DNA from: Candidatus Eiseniibacteriota bacterium
GTDB lineage: Bacteria > Eisenbacteria > RBG-16-71-46 > SZUA-252
Assembly: GCA_038060295.1 (NCBI GenBank)
Contig: JBBTHR010000006.1
Coordinates: forward strand, 8,735 to 72,734
Length of the DNA stretch: 64,000 bases
Direction: 5' to 3'
The translations under genes and the position numbers were made by a program. Within the stretch, counting starts at the first letter, position 1. Each line of letters starts with the position of its first letter. Under the pieces are notes generated by a model. That model saw only the letters and a program-made list of their open reading frames with translations. It made no database searches and was not told where the DNA came from. Positions 10,704 to 19,894 of this stretch are shown here, piece by piece.

Positions 10704-10858
10704 CGCTCGAGTTGCGATAGGATGACGGTGTGTTTCCCGACCCGCGGGACCCGATCGTTCAGTTCCTGATCTGGACCATGCTCTTTCTCGCGCCGCTCTG
10801 GATGCTCGGCTGCTAGCCGGTAACCAGGGCGGCGCTTTCTTCGGGGCTCCGTAAGACC

Positions 10859-12274
10859 GTGACGTTCGTGTCGAATCCCACCATCGCCATCGTCGGCGCC
10901 GGCGCCAGCGGCGTCATCGCCGCGGCGGCCCTCCTTCGCTCGCTCCGCCGACCGGCGCGCGTGGTTCTCTTCGACGGCCGCGGCTCCCGCGGCGCGGGGC
11001 TCGCGTACGGCACGTCCGACCGCGATCACGTCCTGAACGTTCCCGCCGCGAGGATGAGCGCGATCGCGGAGGAGCCAGATCACTTCCTCCTCTGGCTCCG
11101 CGGCGAGGGGAGCGATCAGGCTTCGGCGTGGCGCACCCCCGCCGTTCAGGAAGCCTTCGTGCCGCGCGGCCTCTACGCGAAGTACCTGGAGGACATCCTC
11201 CGGGCGTCGCTCGAGCGCTCCGACCCGGGCGTGGTGCTCGAGGTGCTGAGCGAGGAGATCGACGACCTGGTGCGGCGCGGCGCGGGGTGGCGCCTGCTCG
11301 GCCACAGCGGCGCCGCCTGGATCGCGAGCGTCGTCGTCCTGGCCCTCGGCTACCGGCCGCCGGGACTTCCGAGCGGGATCGGGGCGGCGCTGGCTGGGCA
11401 TCCTCGTGCGATTCTCGATCCGTGGAGGCCCGGCGCCTTCGACGGCGTCCTCCCCGACGACTCGGTGCTCGTCCTCGGCGCGCACCTCACGATGATCGAC
11501 GTCGTGCTGACGCTCGATCGCCAGGGGCACCGCGGCGGCATCGTCGCGGTTTCCCCACGCGGCTTGATGCCGCTCTCGCACGGCCCCAGCGACGCGGGGT
11601 ACGTCGCGATCGATCTCGATGTTGCTCCCGTGACGGCGCGCGGACTTCTCCACCGCGTTCGCGCGGAGATGGCCACGGAGGAATCGCAGGGCGGCTCGTG
11701 GCGCTCGGTCGCCGACGCGGTGCGGCCGCTCGTGCCACGGCTCTGGGCCGCGATGACGGCGCCGGAGCGGACGCGTTTCATTCGCCACGTCCATCCCTAC
11801 TGGGAGATCCACCGGCATCGGATGGCCCCCGCCATCGCGAGCCACGTGGACGCCATCAAGGCGGAGGGGCGACTGCGCGTGGTGGCCGGACGTGTCGCCT
11901 CCGCGACGGCTCATGCCGACGGCTTCGCGGTGGACGTGCGGCCTCGGGGCGGAAGCGCGGTCACGACGCTTCGCACCGGATGGATCGTGAACGCCACCGG
12001 CCCGACCGTCCGCTACGCCGAGGACCCGACGGTATTCCTGAGTAGGCTCTTCGAAGGCGGGATCGTACGACCGGGGCCGCTGGGCTTCGGTCTCGACGCG
12101 AAGCCGGGCGGCGCACTTCTCGATGCGAAGGGAGATCCGCACGCGAATCTCTTCACGCTGGGGCCGCCGCTCCTCGGATCGCTCTGGGAGACGACCGCCG
12201 TGCCGGAGATTCGCCTGCAGGCCGCCGACCTCGCGCGCACGCTGGCGGGAACGATGGGGTTGGACCTCCGCTAG
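10859..12274 (+). CDS. FAD/NAD(P)-binding protein (NAD_binding_9-like)
   Basis: GTG start. N-terminal Rossmann motif IAIVGAGASGVIAAAAL. 471 aa. Confidence 0.7.
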   Translation: MTFVSNPTIAIVGAGASGVIAAAALLRSLRRPARVVLFDGRGSRGAGLAYGTSDRDHVLNVPAARMSAIAEEPDHFLLWLRGEGSDQASAWRTPAVQEAFVPRGLYAKYLEDILRASLERSDPGVVLEVLSEEIDDLVRRGAGWRLLGHSGAAWIASVVVLALGYRPPGLPSGIGAALAGHPRAILDPWRPGAFDGVLPDDSVLVLGAHLTMIDVVLTLDRQGHRGGIVAVSPRGLMPLSHGPSDAGYVAIDLDVAPVTARGLLHRVRAEMATEESQGGSWRSVADAVRPLVPRLWAAMTAPERTRFIRHVHPYWEIHRHRMAPAIASHVDAIKAEGRLRVVAGRVASATAHADGFAVDVRPRGGSAVTTLRTGWIVNATGPTVRYAEDPTVFLSRLFEGGIVRPGPLGFGLDAKPGGALLDAKGDPHANLFTLGPPLLGSLWETTAVPEIRLQAADLARTLAGTMGLDLR

Positions 12275-13143
12275 CTCGCCTGGCTGAGGCGGTGCCACAC
12301 GTCGCGCAGCAGCGCGATCGAGCCGGGCGCATGGCCGGCGTAATGATTGTTGAAGTAGCCGAAGACTTCGATGTTCCGCTCGAGCAGCGCGGCGAGCGCG
12401 GGAACCCACCGCTCCATCTCCCCCTCGCGATCGACGATGATCTTCTCCCACGAGTCGGTCCTCGCCTCGATCCCGTGGCGGTCCCCCAGCCAGCGGACGT
12501 AGGCGAAATCGGCCGTCACCGGATCGGGGCCCTGGAGCAGGTCATCGATGGCCGGCATCCACGGATGGTCAATGAGCGCGAAGGCGACGCCGTGCGCTCG
12601 CAGCAGGGACAGAAGCGGCTCCGCGACCCATGCCTTGTTCCGGATCTCCACCGCGAAGCGGCGGTCGCGCGGGAGGGAGGCGAGCACCGGCTCCAGCCTC
12701 TCGAGGAACGGCTTGGCCGAGGCGAAGACATCGCGCCGGAAGTAGGGAAACTGGAAGAGCAGCGGTCCGAGTTTCTCCCCCGCCTCCTCCATGGCGCCGA
12801 GGAAGAGTCCGATCTCCTGCTGGGCGCCGACGAGGAGTTTCTCGTGCGTGATGACCTGGGGCACCTTGGCCGCGATGCGAAAACCCTCTGGCACCTTCGA
12901 GGCCCAAGTTCGCACTTGCGCCGCCGAGGGAATCCGGTAGAAGGTCGCGTCGATCTCCACCGTTTCGTACCGGCGCCCGTAATCCCCCAGGAAATCGCCG
13001 GGCTTCGTTCCGACAGGATAGAAGGAGCCGACCCAGGACGGATGGCTGAAGGACGAGGTGCCGAGATGCAGGCGCGGAGGGACCGGCGCGGCGTGCGACG
13101 GAGGCTCGGGCGATGGCATGCGGTCCGGTGTCGAGTAAGTCAT
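12271..13143 (-). CDS. DUF72 family protein
   Basis: LHLGTSSFSHPSWVGSFYP near the N-terminus and YFNNHYAGHAPGS near the C-terminus are typical of DUF72. The start could instead be the ATG at 13119. Confidence 0.8.
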   Translation of the reverse strand: MTYSTPDRMPSPEPPSHAAPVPPRLHLGTSSFSHPSWVGSFYPVGTKPGDFLGDYGRRYETVEIDATFYRIPSAAQVRTWASKVPEGFRIAAKVPQVITHEKLLVGAQQEIGLFLGAMEEAGEKLGPLLFQFPYFRRDVFASAKPFLERLEPVLASLPRDRRFAVEIRNKAWVAEPLLSLLRAHGVAFALIDHPWMPAIDDLLQGPDPVTADFAYVRWLGDRHGIEARTDSWEKIIVDREGEMERWVPALAALLERNIEVFGYFNNHYAGHAPGSIALLRDVWHRLSQAS

Positions 13144-14473
13144 GGACGGTAACGTTACCGCCAGCGAGGGCGGGGCTCAAGGGCGAGTCGAGGGCGCGGC
13201 GCCGCCGGCGCGATTTCTCTGGGGCGCGGGGACCTCGGCCCATCAGGTCGAGGGGGGCAACGATCGAAACGACTGGTGGGAGTGGGAGCAGCGCCCCGGC
13301 GTCATCAAGGGCGGGGCGCGCTCGGGAAGCGCCTGCCTCCACTGGGAGCGCTTCGAGGAGGACCTCGACCTCCTCCGCGCGCTCGGCCTCGACACCTATC
13401 GCTTCTCCGTCGAGTGGAGCCGGCTCGAACCCGACCCGGGCCGCTACGACGACGCGGCGCTCGCCCACTACCGGGCGGTAGCCGCCGCCTGCCGCGCGCG
13501 CGGCATCACCCCGATCGTCACGCTCCACCACTTCACGAATCCGCGGTGGTTCGCCGGACTGGGGGGCTGGGAAACGCACGCGAATCTCCCCCACTTCGCC
13601 CGCCTGGCGCGCTGGGTCGGCGCTGGCCTCGGCGACCTCGTCGATCACTGGATCACGGTCAACGAGCCGGAGGTGCTCGGCTTCTACGGCTACGCCTCGG
13701 GCATCTGGCCGCCGGGCGTCGCAGACCGGTCGCGCGCGCTGATCGTGATCGCGAATCTCCTCGAGGCGCACGCGCTCGCCTCGCACGCGCTCCGGGAGTC
13801 GGACAAGGTGGACGCCGACGGCGACGGGCGCGCGACCTGGATCGGCGTCGCGAAGCATTGGGTGCTGCTGGAGCCGCGACGGCGCTGGAATCCACTCGAT
13901 CATCTGGCGTCGGCCGCGCAGCACCGCGTCTTCAACGAGGCCGTGGTCCGCGCGCTGGCGGGCGGCCCGGTCGATCTTTCCATCCCCGGCGCGAAGCCGG
14001 TCCGCCGGCGCGTCGATTCCATGGCCGGATCGTCCGACTTCCTGGGCCTCAATTACTACACGCGCTGGATGGTGACGCTCTTCGGGAAGGACTCGCGGAG
14101 TGCGAAGCGAGGAGCGCCGGTGAACGACCTGGGCTGGGAGATTTACCCCGAGGGGATCGAGCGGGCCATCGCGGAGTGCGGCGCCTTCGGGCTTCCGCTC
14201 GTGATCACCGAGAACGGCATCGCCGACGCCGCCGATCGGTGGCGCGGCGCGTTCATCCGCGCCACGCTGGCGGCGGTCGATCGCGCGCGCGCGGCGGGCG
14301 CCGACGTGCGCGGCTACATCCACTGGTCGCTGATGGACAACTTCGAATGGGCGGACGGTTACGAGGGACGGTTCGGGCTCTGCTCCGTGGACTTCGACCA
14401 CCCCGAGGGGCCTCGCCGCCCCCGTTCGAGCGCACGCGTGCTGGCCGAGGAGATCGCGAAGCGCCGCGGCTGA
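13142..14473 (+). CDS. Beta-glucosidase, glycoside hydrolase family 1
   Basis: FLWGAGTSAHQVEGG, the TVNEP acid/base motif and the ITENG nucleophile motif. 443 aa. Confidence 0.92.
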   Translation: MDGNVTASEGGAQGRVEGAAPPARFLWGAGTSAHQVEGGNDRNDWWEWEQRPGVIKGGARSGSACLHWERFEEDLDLLRALGLDTYRFSVEWSRLEPDPGRYDDAALAHYRAVAAACRARGITPIVTLHHFTNPRWFAGLGGWETHANLPHFARLARWVGAGLGDLVDHWITVNEPEVLGFYGYASGIWPPGVADRSRALIVIANLLEAHALASHALRESDKVDADGDGRATWIGVAKHWVLLEPRRRWNPLDHLASAAQHRVFNEAVVRALAGGPVDLSIPGAKPVRRRVDSMAGSSDFLGLNYYTRWMVTLFGKDSRSAKRGAPVNDLGWEIYPEGIERAIAECGAFGLPLVITENGIADAADRWRGAFIRATLAAVDRARAAGADVRGYIHWSLMDNFEWADGYEGRFGLCSVDFDHPEGPRRPRSSARVLAEEIAKRRG

Positions 14474-14666
14474 GCGCTATTCCCGGGCGCGACCGGCCCC
14501 GGCCAGCGCCGCCGCTCTCGGCGCCGTCGCCCCCCCGACGTGGCGCAGCATGCACGAAATCCCACACTGTTGCCGCGCCGCGCACGGCTCGACTTCGGCC
14601 GGTTCCGAGCCACACCGATAACCCACGCACGGACAACCGCTTAGCGACGAGTGAAAAGCGCCCCCG

Positions 14667-14681
14667 TGGCACGCGGATTGC
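14667..14681 (+). promoter_or_regulatory. Sigma-54 (-24/-12) promoter TGGCACGCGGATTGC
   Basis: Exact match to TGGCAC-N5-TTGC, 58 nt upstream of the ATG at 14740. Confidence 0.7.
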
Positions 14682-14739
14682 AACCCTACACGCCGAGGCC
14701 CTGGCTAGGGCTCCTAATTCCATCGTTCAGGAGGACACC

Positions 14740-15189
14740 ATGAAACGCAGCCTCTACGCCTTTGCCGCGGCCGCGGTGCTCGCGGCGACCGTTACGGCGA
14801 CGGCGCACGCCGGCACGAGCGTCGATTTCCGGATCTCGGTGGGCGACCGCTACGACGGCGCGACGCTCGCGTTCCGGAGCGAGCCCGAGGTGATTCTCGT
14901 TCCGGACACGAAGGTCTATTACGTCCAGAATCGCGATTGCGATCTCTATCGGTACGGCCGTTACTGGTATTTCGTCGAGGACGGATTCTGGTATCGCTCC
15001 GCCAACTGGCGCGGTCCGTTCGTTCACCTCCGCACGGCGTCGGTTCCACGCTCGGTGGTCGGGGTTCCGGTGAAGTACCGCCGCCACTGGAAGAACGGCC
15101 CACCGCCGCACGCGGTGGCTCAGGGCTACGACAAGGACCGGGGCGACAATCGCGGCCGCGGAAAAGGCCACAAGAAGCACAAGCACTAG
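14740..15189 (+). CDS. Small secreted aromatic-rich protein with a Lys/His/Arg-rich tail
   Basis: The ATG is preceded by CAGGAGGA. Signal peptide MKRSLYAFAAAAVLAATVTATAHA. The mature part contains YRYGRYWYFVEDGFWYRSANWRGPF. The tail is DRGDNRGRGKGHKKHKH. It is the in-frame 3' part of track ORF 13276..15189. Confidence 0.65.
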   Translation: MKRSLYAFAAAAVLAATVTATAHAGTSVDFRISVGDRYDGATLAFRSEPEVILVPDTKVYYVQNRDCDLYRYGRYWYFVEDGFWYRSANWRGPFVHLRTASVPRSVVGVPVKYRRHWKNGPPPHAVAQGYDKDRGDNRGRGKGHKKHKH

Positions 15190-15252
15190 GCTACGATCCG
15201 TCGTCTCGTCGAGAAGATGAAATGAAGGGGGCCGCCAGCGCGGTCCCCTTCC

Positions 15253-16278
15253 TCATTTCCCGTACGTGGCGGTCTCCGTCGCCGCCTCCCTGCTGCGAAC
15301 GGCCCCTCCCGGCGCCACGGCGTAGCTCTTCGCCCTCGCCGCCCACCAGCGCTCCAGCAGCGGCGCGATCCGGTCGGCCACGATCGCGAGCGCGATCCCC
15401 GCCAGGATATCGACAACCCAGTGATGGCGGAGATAGACCGTCCCCACGATCAACCCCGCCCCGAAGAAGAGCATCACCGGGAAGAACCAGCGGAGGTGCC
15501 GCCACGAGAGGAGAATCGCGAGGAACATGACGCCGCAATGGAGCGAGGGGAAGGCGCCCTTGGCGGTGAGCGGCACCGCCGCCGTCGCGGCGCGCGTAGC
15601 ATCGAGGATCGGTAGCATCCCCTGGAGCGGCGCTCCGAACAGCTCGGGGATCATGTACCGGGGCGGCCCCGCGGGAAGGACGACGTAGCCGATGTATCCG
15701 ATGTAGAGACAGATCACGATGCTCACCAGCGTCTCGCGGAACGACTGCCACTCGCCCCGGAGATAGAGCAGGAGCCCGAGGAACGGCGGCAAGACGTAGA
15801 AGAGCCAGTAGCAGACCGTGAAGAAGTCGGTCAGGAGCGGATGCGCGAACTGCTGGGCCCAGACCGTCGGCTCCACGCCGAAGAGCTTCACATCCCAGTC
15901 GTGGAGCGGCTTGGTGATGTCGGGCGCGTTGAAGAAGGCAATCATGTCGTGGAGATTCGCGTATACGTTTGTCGCGAAGAGAAACGGAAGGACGTCCCGC
16001 GCGAAGGTCCACTGTGGTTTCGTTCGCACGACCCAGAGGAAAACGACCACGCTTCCGGCCAGGCAGACGAGGCGGGTGAAGGCGTCGGGGTAATTGGCCG
16101 CGGCGCCCTGGAGCGGCATGCCGCCGCCGAAGGCCGCGATGGAGGCGAGGGCGTAGGCCATCGGGACGAAGAGGAGCAGCGTGGCGACCTCTTCCGGCCG
16201 GAACGAGAAGAGGAGCCGGGCGAATCCGCCGCGGGCCGCGGTACGCTCCTGAACCACGCCGGAGCTCGGGGTCGTCAC
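15253..16278 (-). CDS. PAP2 superfamily membrane phosphatase/phosphotransferase
   Basis: Only the C-terminal 341 codons of track ORF 15253..18213 look real. It is polytopic, with PSLHCG and YLRHHWVVD motifs. The GTG start at 16278 overlaps the upstream stop as GTGA. Confidence 0.8.
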   Translation of the reverse strand: MTTPSSGVVQERTAARGGFARLLFSFRPEEVATLLLFVPMAYALASIAAFGGGMPLQGAAANYPDAFTRLVCLAGSVVVFLWVVRTKPQWTFARDVLPFLFATNVYANLHDMIAFFNAPDITKPLHDWDVKLFGVEPTVWAQQFAHPLLTDFFTVCYWLFYVLPPFLGLLLYLRGEWQSFRETLVSIVICLYIGYIGYVVLPAGPPRYMIPELFGAPLQGMLPILDATRAATAAVPLTAKGAFPSLHCGVMFLAILLSWRHLRWFFPVMLFFGAGLIVGTVYLRHHWVVDILAGIALAIVADRIAPLLERWWAARAKSYAVAPGGAVRSREAATETATYGK

Positions 16279-18485
16279 CGAGTCGGTACGCTCGCGCCGG
16301 CGGTCGCCGCGGCGGCCTTCCCCTCGGATGAACCCCGCGCCGCCGGCGCCCCCAGTCGCACGCGCGCGTCGAGCGCGATGGAGGGCGAATCCCCGGGAAG
16401 CGCGAGTACGGGGTTGAGATCGAGTTCGAGCAGTTCCGCGTGGTCGCTCGCGAGGAGCGAGACGCGATGGAGCAGATCGAGGAGCGACGCCTCGTTCGCC
16501 TTCGGCGCTCCGCGGAATCCGTCCAGAAGCGGATAGCCACGAATTTTCCGAACCATCTCCTCGGCGTCGGTGTCGGTGAGCGGCGCCAGGCGGACCTGGA
16601 CGTCCCGCAGCAGCTCCACGGCGACGCCGCCGAGTCCGAAGAGAACGATCGGGCCGAACGCCGGATCGCGCGTCATGCCGACGATCGTCTCGACGCCGCC
16701 CGAGAGCATCCGTTCCACCGAGACGCCCTCGAAGACCGCGCCGGGCTTCGCCCTCTCGAGCACCGCCTGGAGCTCGTCGAAGGCCTGCGCCGCTTCCTCC
16801 TCGCTCCGGACGTCGAGCCGCACGCCGCCGACGTCGCTCTTGTGCACGACCTGCGGCGAACGGAGCTTCATCACGACGGGGAAGCCGATCGACTTCGCCA
16901 GCGCGGCCGACTCGCCGCGCTTCGCCGCGACGCGCGTCACGTTGAGACGGATTCCGTAGGCGCCCAGCAGCTCGCTCATGGGTCCCGCGGGCATCCAGCC
17001 GCCGTCCTTCCCGCCGCCGGGCATCGTCGCGCGGGCCTCCGCGATCGCTTTCTCGGCGCGCCCCCGATCGATTCCCGATAGCGCGGGCGTCTTCCCTACC
17101 GGCCCGTTCTTCCAGACGCCGTACTGCACGACGCGGGCCAGCGCCTGCGCCGCCGATTCGGGGAACGAGTAGGAGGGGATGTGCCCGGACTGGAGCGACT
17201 TCAGACTCTCCGGCACCCCATGGCTTCCCATGAAACAGGAGAGGATCGGCTTCGTGTGTCCTTCCGCTCCCGCCAGGATCGCCTTGGCGACCTCCTGCGC
17301 GCCCGTCACCAGCGGCGGCACGAAGATCACGATCACCGAGTCCACGTTCTTGTCGGCGTGGAGGAGGCGCACGGCCTTCTCGAACGACTCGGCGTTCGCC
17401 GAGGCGATCATGTCCACGGGGTTCCGCGTGCTCGCCTCGGCCGGCAGGAACGCGCGGAGCGCCTTCACGGTCTTCGGCTCGAGTGCCGGGAGCTCGAGCC
17501 CCATCCCCTCGCAGGCGTCGGCCGCCATGATGCCGGGACCGCCCGCGTTCGTGAGGATCGCGACGCGGGGACCGGTCGGGATCGGCTGCGACGCGAGGAG
17601 GAGCGCGGTATCGAAGAGCTCCTCGATCGTGTCGGTCCGGATGACGCCGCTCTGGCGGAAGAGGGCGTCCACGGCGATGTCGGAGCCGGCGAGGGCGCCG
17701 GTGTGCGACGATGCCGCGCGCGAGCCGCTCACGGTGCGCCCGCTCTTCACCGCGAGAATCGGCTTCCTCCGCGCCACACGGCGCGCGATCTGCGTGAACT
17801 TGGCCGGATTGCCGAACGATTCGAGGTAGAGGAGGATGACGTCGGTGCCGGCGTCCTGCTCCCAGTACTCGATGAGATCGTTGCCCGAGACGTCGGCCTT
17901 GTTGCCGACGCTCACGAACTGCGAGATCCCGACGTTCAGCATGCGGGCGTAGTCGAGGATGGCAAGTCCGAGGGCGCCGCTCTGCGAGGAGAAGGCCACG
18001 CGGCCCGGCATTACCTGTAAAGGAGCGAAAGTGGCGTTCATCATCACGGCGGGGTCGGTGTTCAGGATGCCGAGGCAGTTCGGGCCGACCAGGCGCATCT
18101 TGTAGCGGCGGACGATGTCGCGGAGCGCGGTCTCGCGCTTGGCCCCTTCCTCGCCGATCTCCTTGAATCCCGCCGAGATGACGACGAGCGCCTTCACCCC
18201 CTTCTTGCCGCACGCCTCGACCGCTTCCAGCACGCCCGCCGAGGGAACGACGATGATGGCGAGATCGACCTCGCCGGGCACCGCCTCGATGCTCGGATAC
18301 GCGGGGAGCGCCTGGACGTGCGTGGCGTGGGGATTGATCGGATAGACCGGGCCCTGGAAGGGCTGCTGGGTCAAATTGTGGAGAATCGCCCCGCCGATGG
18401 CGTCGCGACGGCGCGAGGCGCCGATCACCGCGATGCTGCGGGGACGAAACAACGGTTCGAGCGATGCAGGCATTCTGGATGTCAC
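16275..18485 (-). CDS. Acetyl-CoA synthetase (ADP-forming) / acyl-CoA synthetase, NDP-forming family
   Basis: 736 aa. N-terminal CoA-binding domain (PRSIAVIGASRRRDAIGG...VYPINP), a succinyl-CoA-synthetase-like middle and a C-terminal ATP-grasp. Confidence 0.9.
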   Translation of the reverse strand: MTSRMPASLEPLFRPRSIAVIGASRRRDAIGGAILHNLTQQPFQGPVYPINPHATHVQALPAYPSIEAVPGEVDLAIIVVPSAGVLEAVEACGKKGVKALVVISAGFKEIGEEGAKRETALRDIVRRYKMRLVGPNCLGILNTDPAVMMNATFAPLQVMPGRVAFSSQSGALGLAILDYARMLNVGISQFVSVGNKADVSGNDLIEYWEQDAGTDVILLYLESFGNPAKFTQIARRVARRKPILAVKSGRTVSGSRAASSHTGALAGSDIAVDALFRQSGVIRTDTIEELFDTALLLASQPIPTGPRVAILTNAGGPGIMAADACEGMGLELPALEPKTVKALRAFLPAEASTRNPVDMIASANAESFEKAVRLLHADKNVDSVIVIFVPPLVTGAQEVAKAILAGAEGHTKPILSCFMGSHGVPESLKSLQSGHIPSYSFPESAAQALARVVQYGVWKNGPVGKTPALSGIDRGRAEKAIAEARATMPGGGKDGGWMPAGPMSELLGAYGIRLNVTRVAAKRGESAALAKSIGFPVVMKLRSPQVVHKSDVGGVRLDVRSEEEAAQAFDELQAVLERAKPGAVFEGVSVERMLSGGVETIVGMTRDPAFGPIVLFGLGGVAVELLRDVQVRLAPLTDTDAEEMVRKIRGYPLLDGFRGAPKANEASLLDLLHRVSLLASDHAELLELDLNPVLALPGDSPSIALDARVRLGAPAARGSSEGKAAAATAGASVPTR

Positions 18486-18567
18486 CTCCCGGGGCGCCCC
18501 CGTGGCGCGACCGGCGGGAAGTGTATCACTTCGGGGCGTATTCGCGGGGTGGGCCGGAGACGGGCGA

Positions 18568-18864
18568 CTACGCCAGACCAGCCTTCCGTCTCGCCTCTTC
18601 CACCTGGCGAGCGAGCGCGACGTCCTTCTCGGTGATGCCGCCGGCGTCGTGGGTCACGAGGGAGAGGGTGATGTCGCTATAGCGGATGTCGACGTCGGGG
18701 TGGTGGTTCGCCACCTCGGCCAGCTGCGCCACGGCGTTCACGAAGACGACCGCTTCGGGAAACGATGGGTGCGCGAACTTCTTCCGGAGCATTCCGCCGC
18801 CGACGCTCCAGCCAGGCAGCGAGGCGAGCTCCTTCGCGAGATCGGTTTCGCTCAGTCGCGGCAT
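18568..18864 (-). CDS. phhB: Pterin-4-alpha-carbinolamine dehydratase
   Basis: 98 aa starting at an internal ATG (MPRLSETDL...). Motif AEVANHHPDVDIRYSDITLSLVTHDAGGIT. Confidence 0.85.
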   Translation of the reverse strand: MPRLSETDLAKELASLPGWSVGGGMLRKKFAHPSFPEAVVFVNAVAQLAEVANHHPDVDIRYSDITLSLVTHDAGGITEKDVALARQVEEARRKAGLA

Positions 18865-18869
18865 GGCGC

Positions 18870-19157
18870 CTACCAGCGGCCCAGGAGATCGGGATCGGGC
18901 ATCAACTCGGGCGACCAGGGATCGGGAAGGATTTCGACTTCGGCGTCCTTTCCCGTCACTCGCTTCATCACGTCCTTCACCTGCTGGACGATCTGCGGAG
19001 CGTAGGGGCAAAACGGCGTGGTGAGGAGCATCCGGACCACGGGCGGCTCCGCGACGAGGTCGACTTCGCGGACCATGCCGAGTTCGATGATGGTGAGATG
19101 AATTTCGGGATCCACCACCTCTTCGAGGGCGGTGCGAACTTCTGCTTCGGTGGCCAT
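18870..19157 (-). CDS. DUF59 / SufT-like Fe-S assembly protein
   Basis: 95 aa. VRTALEEVVDPEIHLTIIELGMV and TTPFCPYAP are typical of DUF59. Confidence 0.85.
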   Translation of the reverse strand: MATEAEVRTALEEVVDPEIHLTIIELGMVREVDLVAEPPVVRMLLTTPFCPYAPQIVQQVKDVMKRVTGKDAEVEILPDPWSPELMPDPDLLGRW

Positions 19158-19172
19158 GCGTTCTCCTTCTCT

Positions 19173-19499
19173 CTAGTCGGGGAGCCCGATCAGGAGATCG
19201 TCCCCCTCCACGCGCACCGGGTACGACTCCACGGGGGCGATGGCCGGCATGCAGGTCGCCGCCCCGGTCTTGATGTCGAACCGCGCGCCGTGGCGCGGGC
19301 AGATCACTTCCTGGCCGTCCAGCTCGCCTTCCGCGAGCGGACCGCCGTCGTGCGTGCAGATGTCCTCGATGGCGTGGTAGGCGCCCTCGAGACGATAGAC
19401 CGCGATGTGGCGGTCCTCGATCTCAAAAACCTCGGGACGTCCGTCCGGAACGTCTCCGGCGCGCCCCACCTTCACGAACCGCGCGGTGCCGGCGCTCAT
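19173..19499 (-). CDS. Rieske [2Fe-2S] ferredoxin-like protein
   Basis: CTHDGGPL...CPRHGARF (C-x-H ... C-x2-H). The ATG at 19499 overlaps the sufU stop as ATGA. Confidence 0.85.
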   Translation of the reverse strand: MSAGTARFVKVGRAGDVPDGRPEVFEIEDRHIAVYRLEGAYHAIEDICTHDGGPLAEGELDGQEVICPRHGARFDIKTGAATCMPAIAPVESYPVRVEGDDLLIGLPD

Positions 19500-19894
19500 G
19501 ACTCGTCCTCCACTTTCAAACCCTGGATGCCGTAGACCCCGACCTTCAGCGTCTTGAGCGCGAGGAGCGCGCACTTGAGCCGAACGGGGCCGAGCTCGAT
19601 GCCGAGCAGCTCGAGAACGTCGTCGCGATTCAGCGCCTTCACTTCCTCGAGCGTCTTGCCGATGATCTCGTCGCTCAGCATCGACGCGGCCGCTCGGCTG
19701 ATGGAGCAGCCCGTGCCGCTGAACTTCACGTCCTCGATGCGTCCGTCCTTGATCTTGAGATCCATCCGGATCCGGTCTCCGCAGAGCGGATTCGAATCCT
19801 CGGCGCTGACATCGGGATGATCGATGGTTCCCCAGTTGCGGGGGTTCTGATAGTGATCGAGGATATTCTGCCGATAGAAGTCGTCGAAGCTCAT
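19496..19894 (-). CDS. sufU: SufU/IscU-type Fe-S scaffold / sulfur acceptor
   Basis: 132 aa. NPLCGD, GTGCSIS and RLKCALLA motifs. Its start overlaps the sufS stop as ATGA. Confidence 0.9.
   Translation of the reverse strand: MSFDDFYRQNILDHYQNPRNWGTIDHPDVSAEDSNPLCGDRIRMDLKIKDGRIEDVKFSGTGCSISRAAASMLSDEIIGKTLEEVKALNRDDVLELLGIELGPVRLKCALLALKTLKVGVYGIQGLKVEDES

Noticed and set aside
10649-12451. 600-aa minus-strand ORF, and similar long ORFs at 12569..14401, 49434..51395, 50992..52320, 51755..52870, 598..1689, 20692..22716 and 36604..37800
   Set aside because: They lie antisense to genes with clear family signatures. Their translations are Arg/Gly/Pro/Ala-rich low-complexity sequence, typical of shadow ORFs in high-GC DNA.
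13119-13145. Head-to-head overlap of the DUF72 (-) and GH1 (+) start codons
   Set aside because: This is most likely a start-codon assignment issue, since DUF72 may start at the ATG at 13119. It is not a biological overlap of interest.
15253-18213. 986-aa ORF spanning the PAP2 gene and most of the acetyl-CoA synthetase gene
   Set aside because: Only the last 341 codons, the polytopic PAP2 protein, look real. The upstream part is an out-of-frame read-through of the ACS gene and is Arg-rich nonsense. A GTG start at 16278 overlapping the ACS stop explains the true gene.
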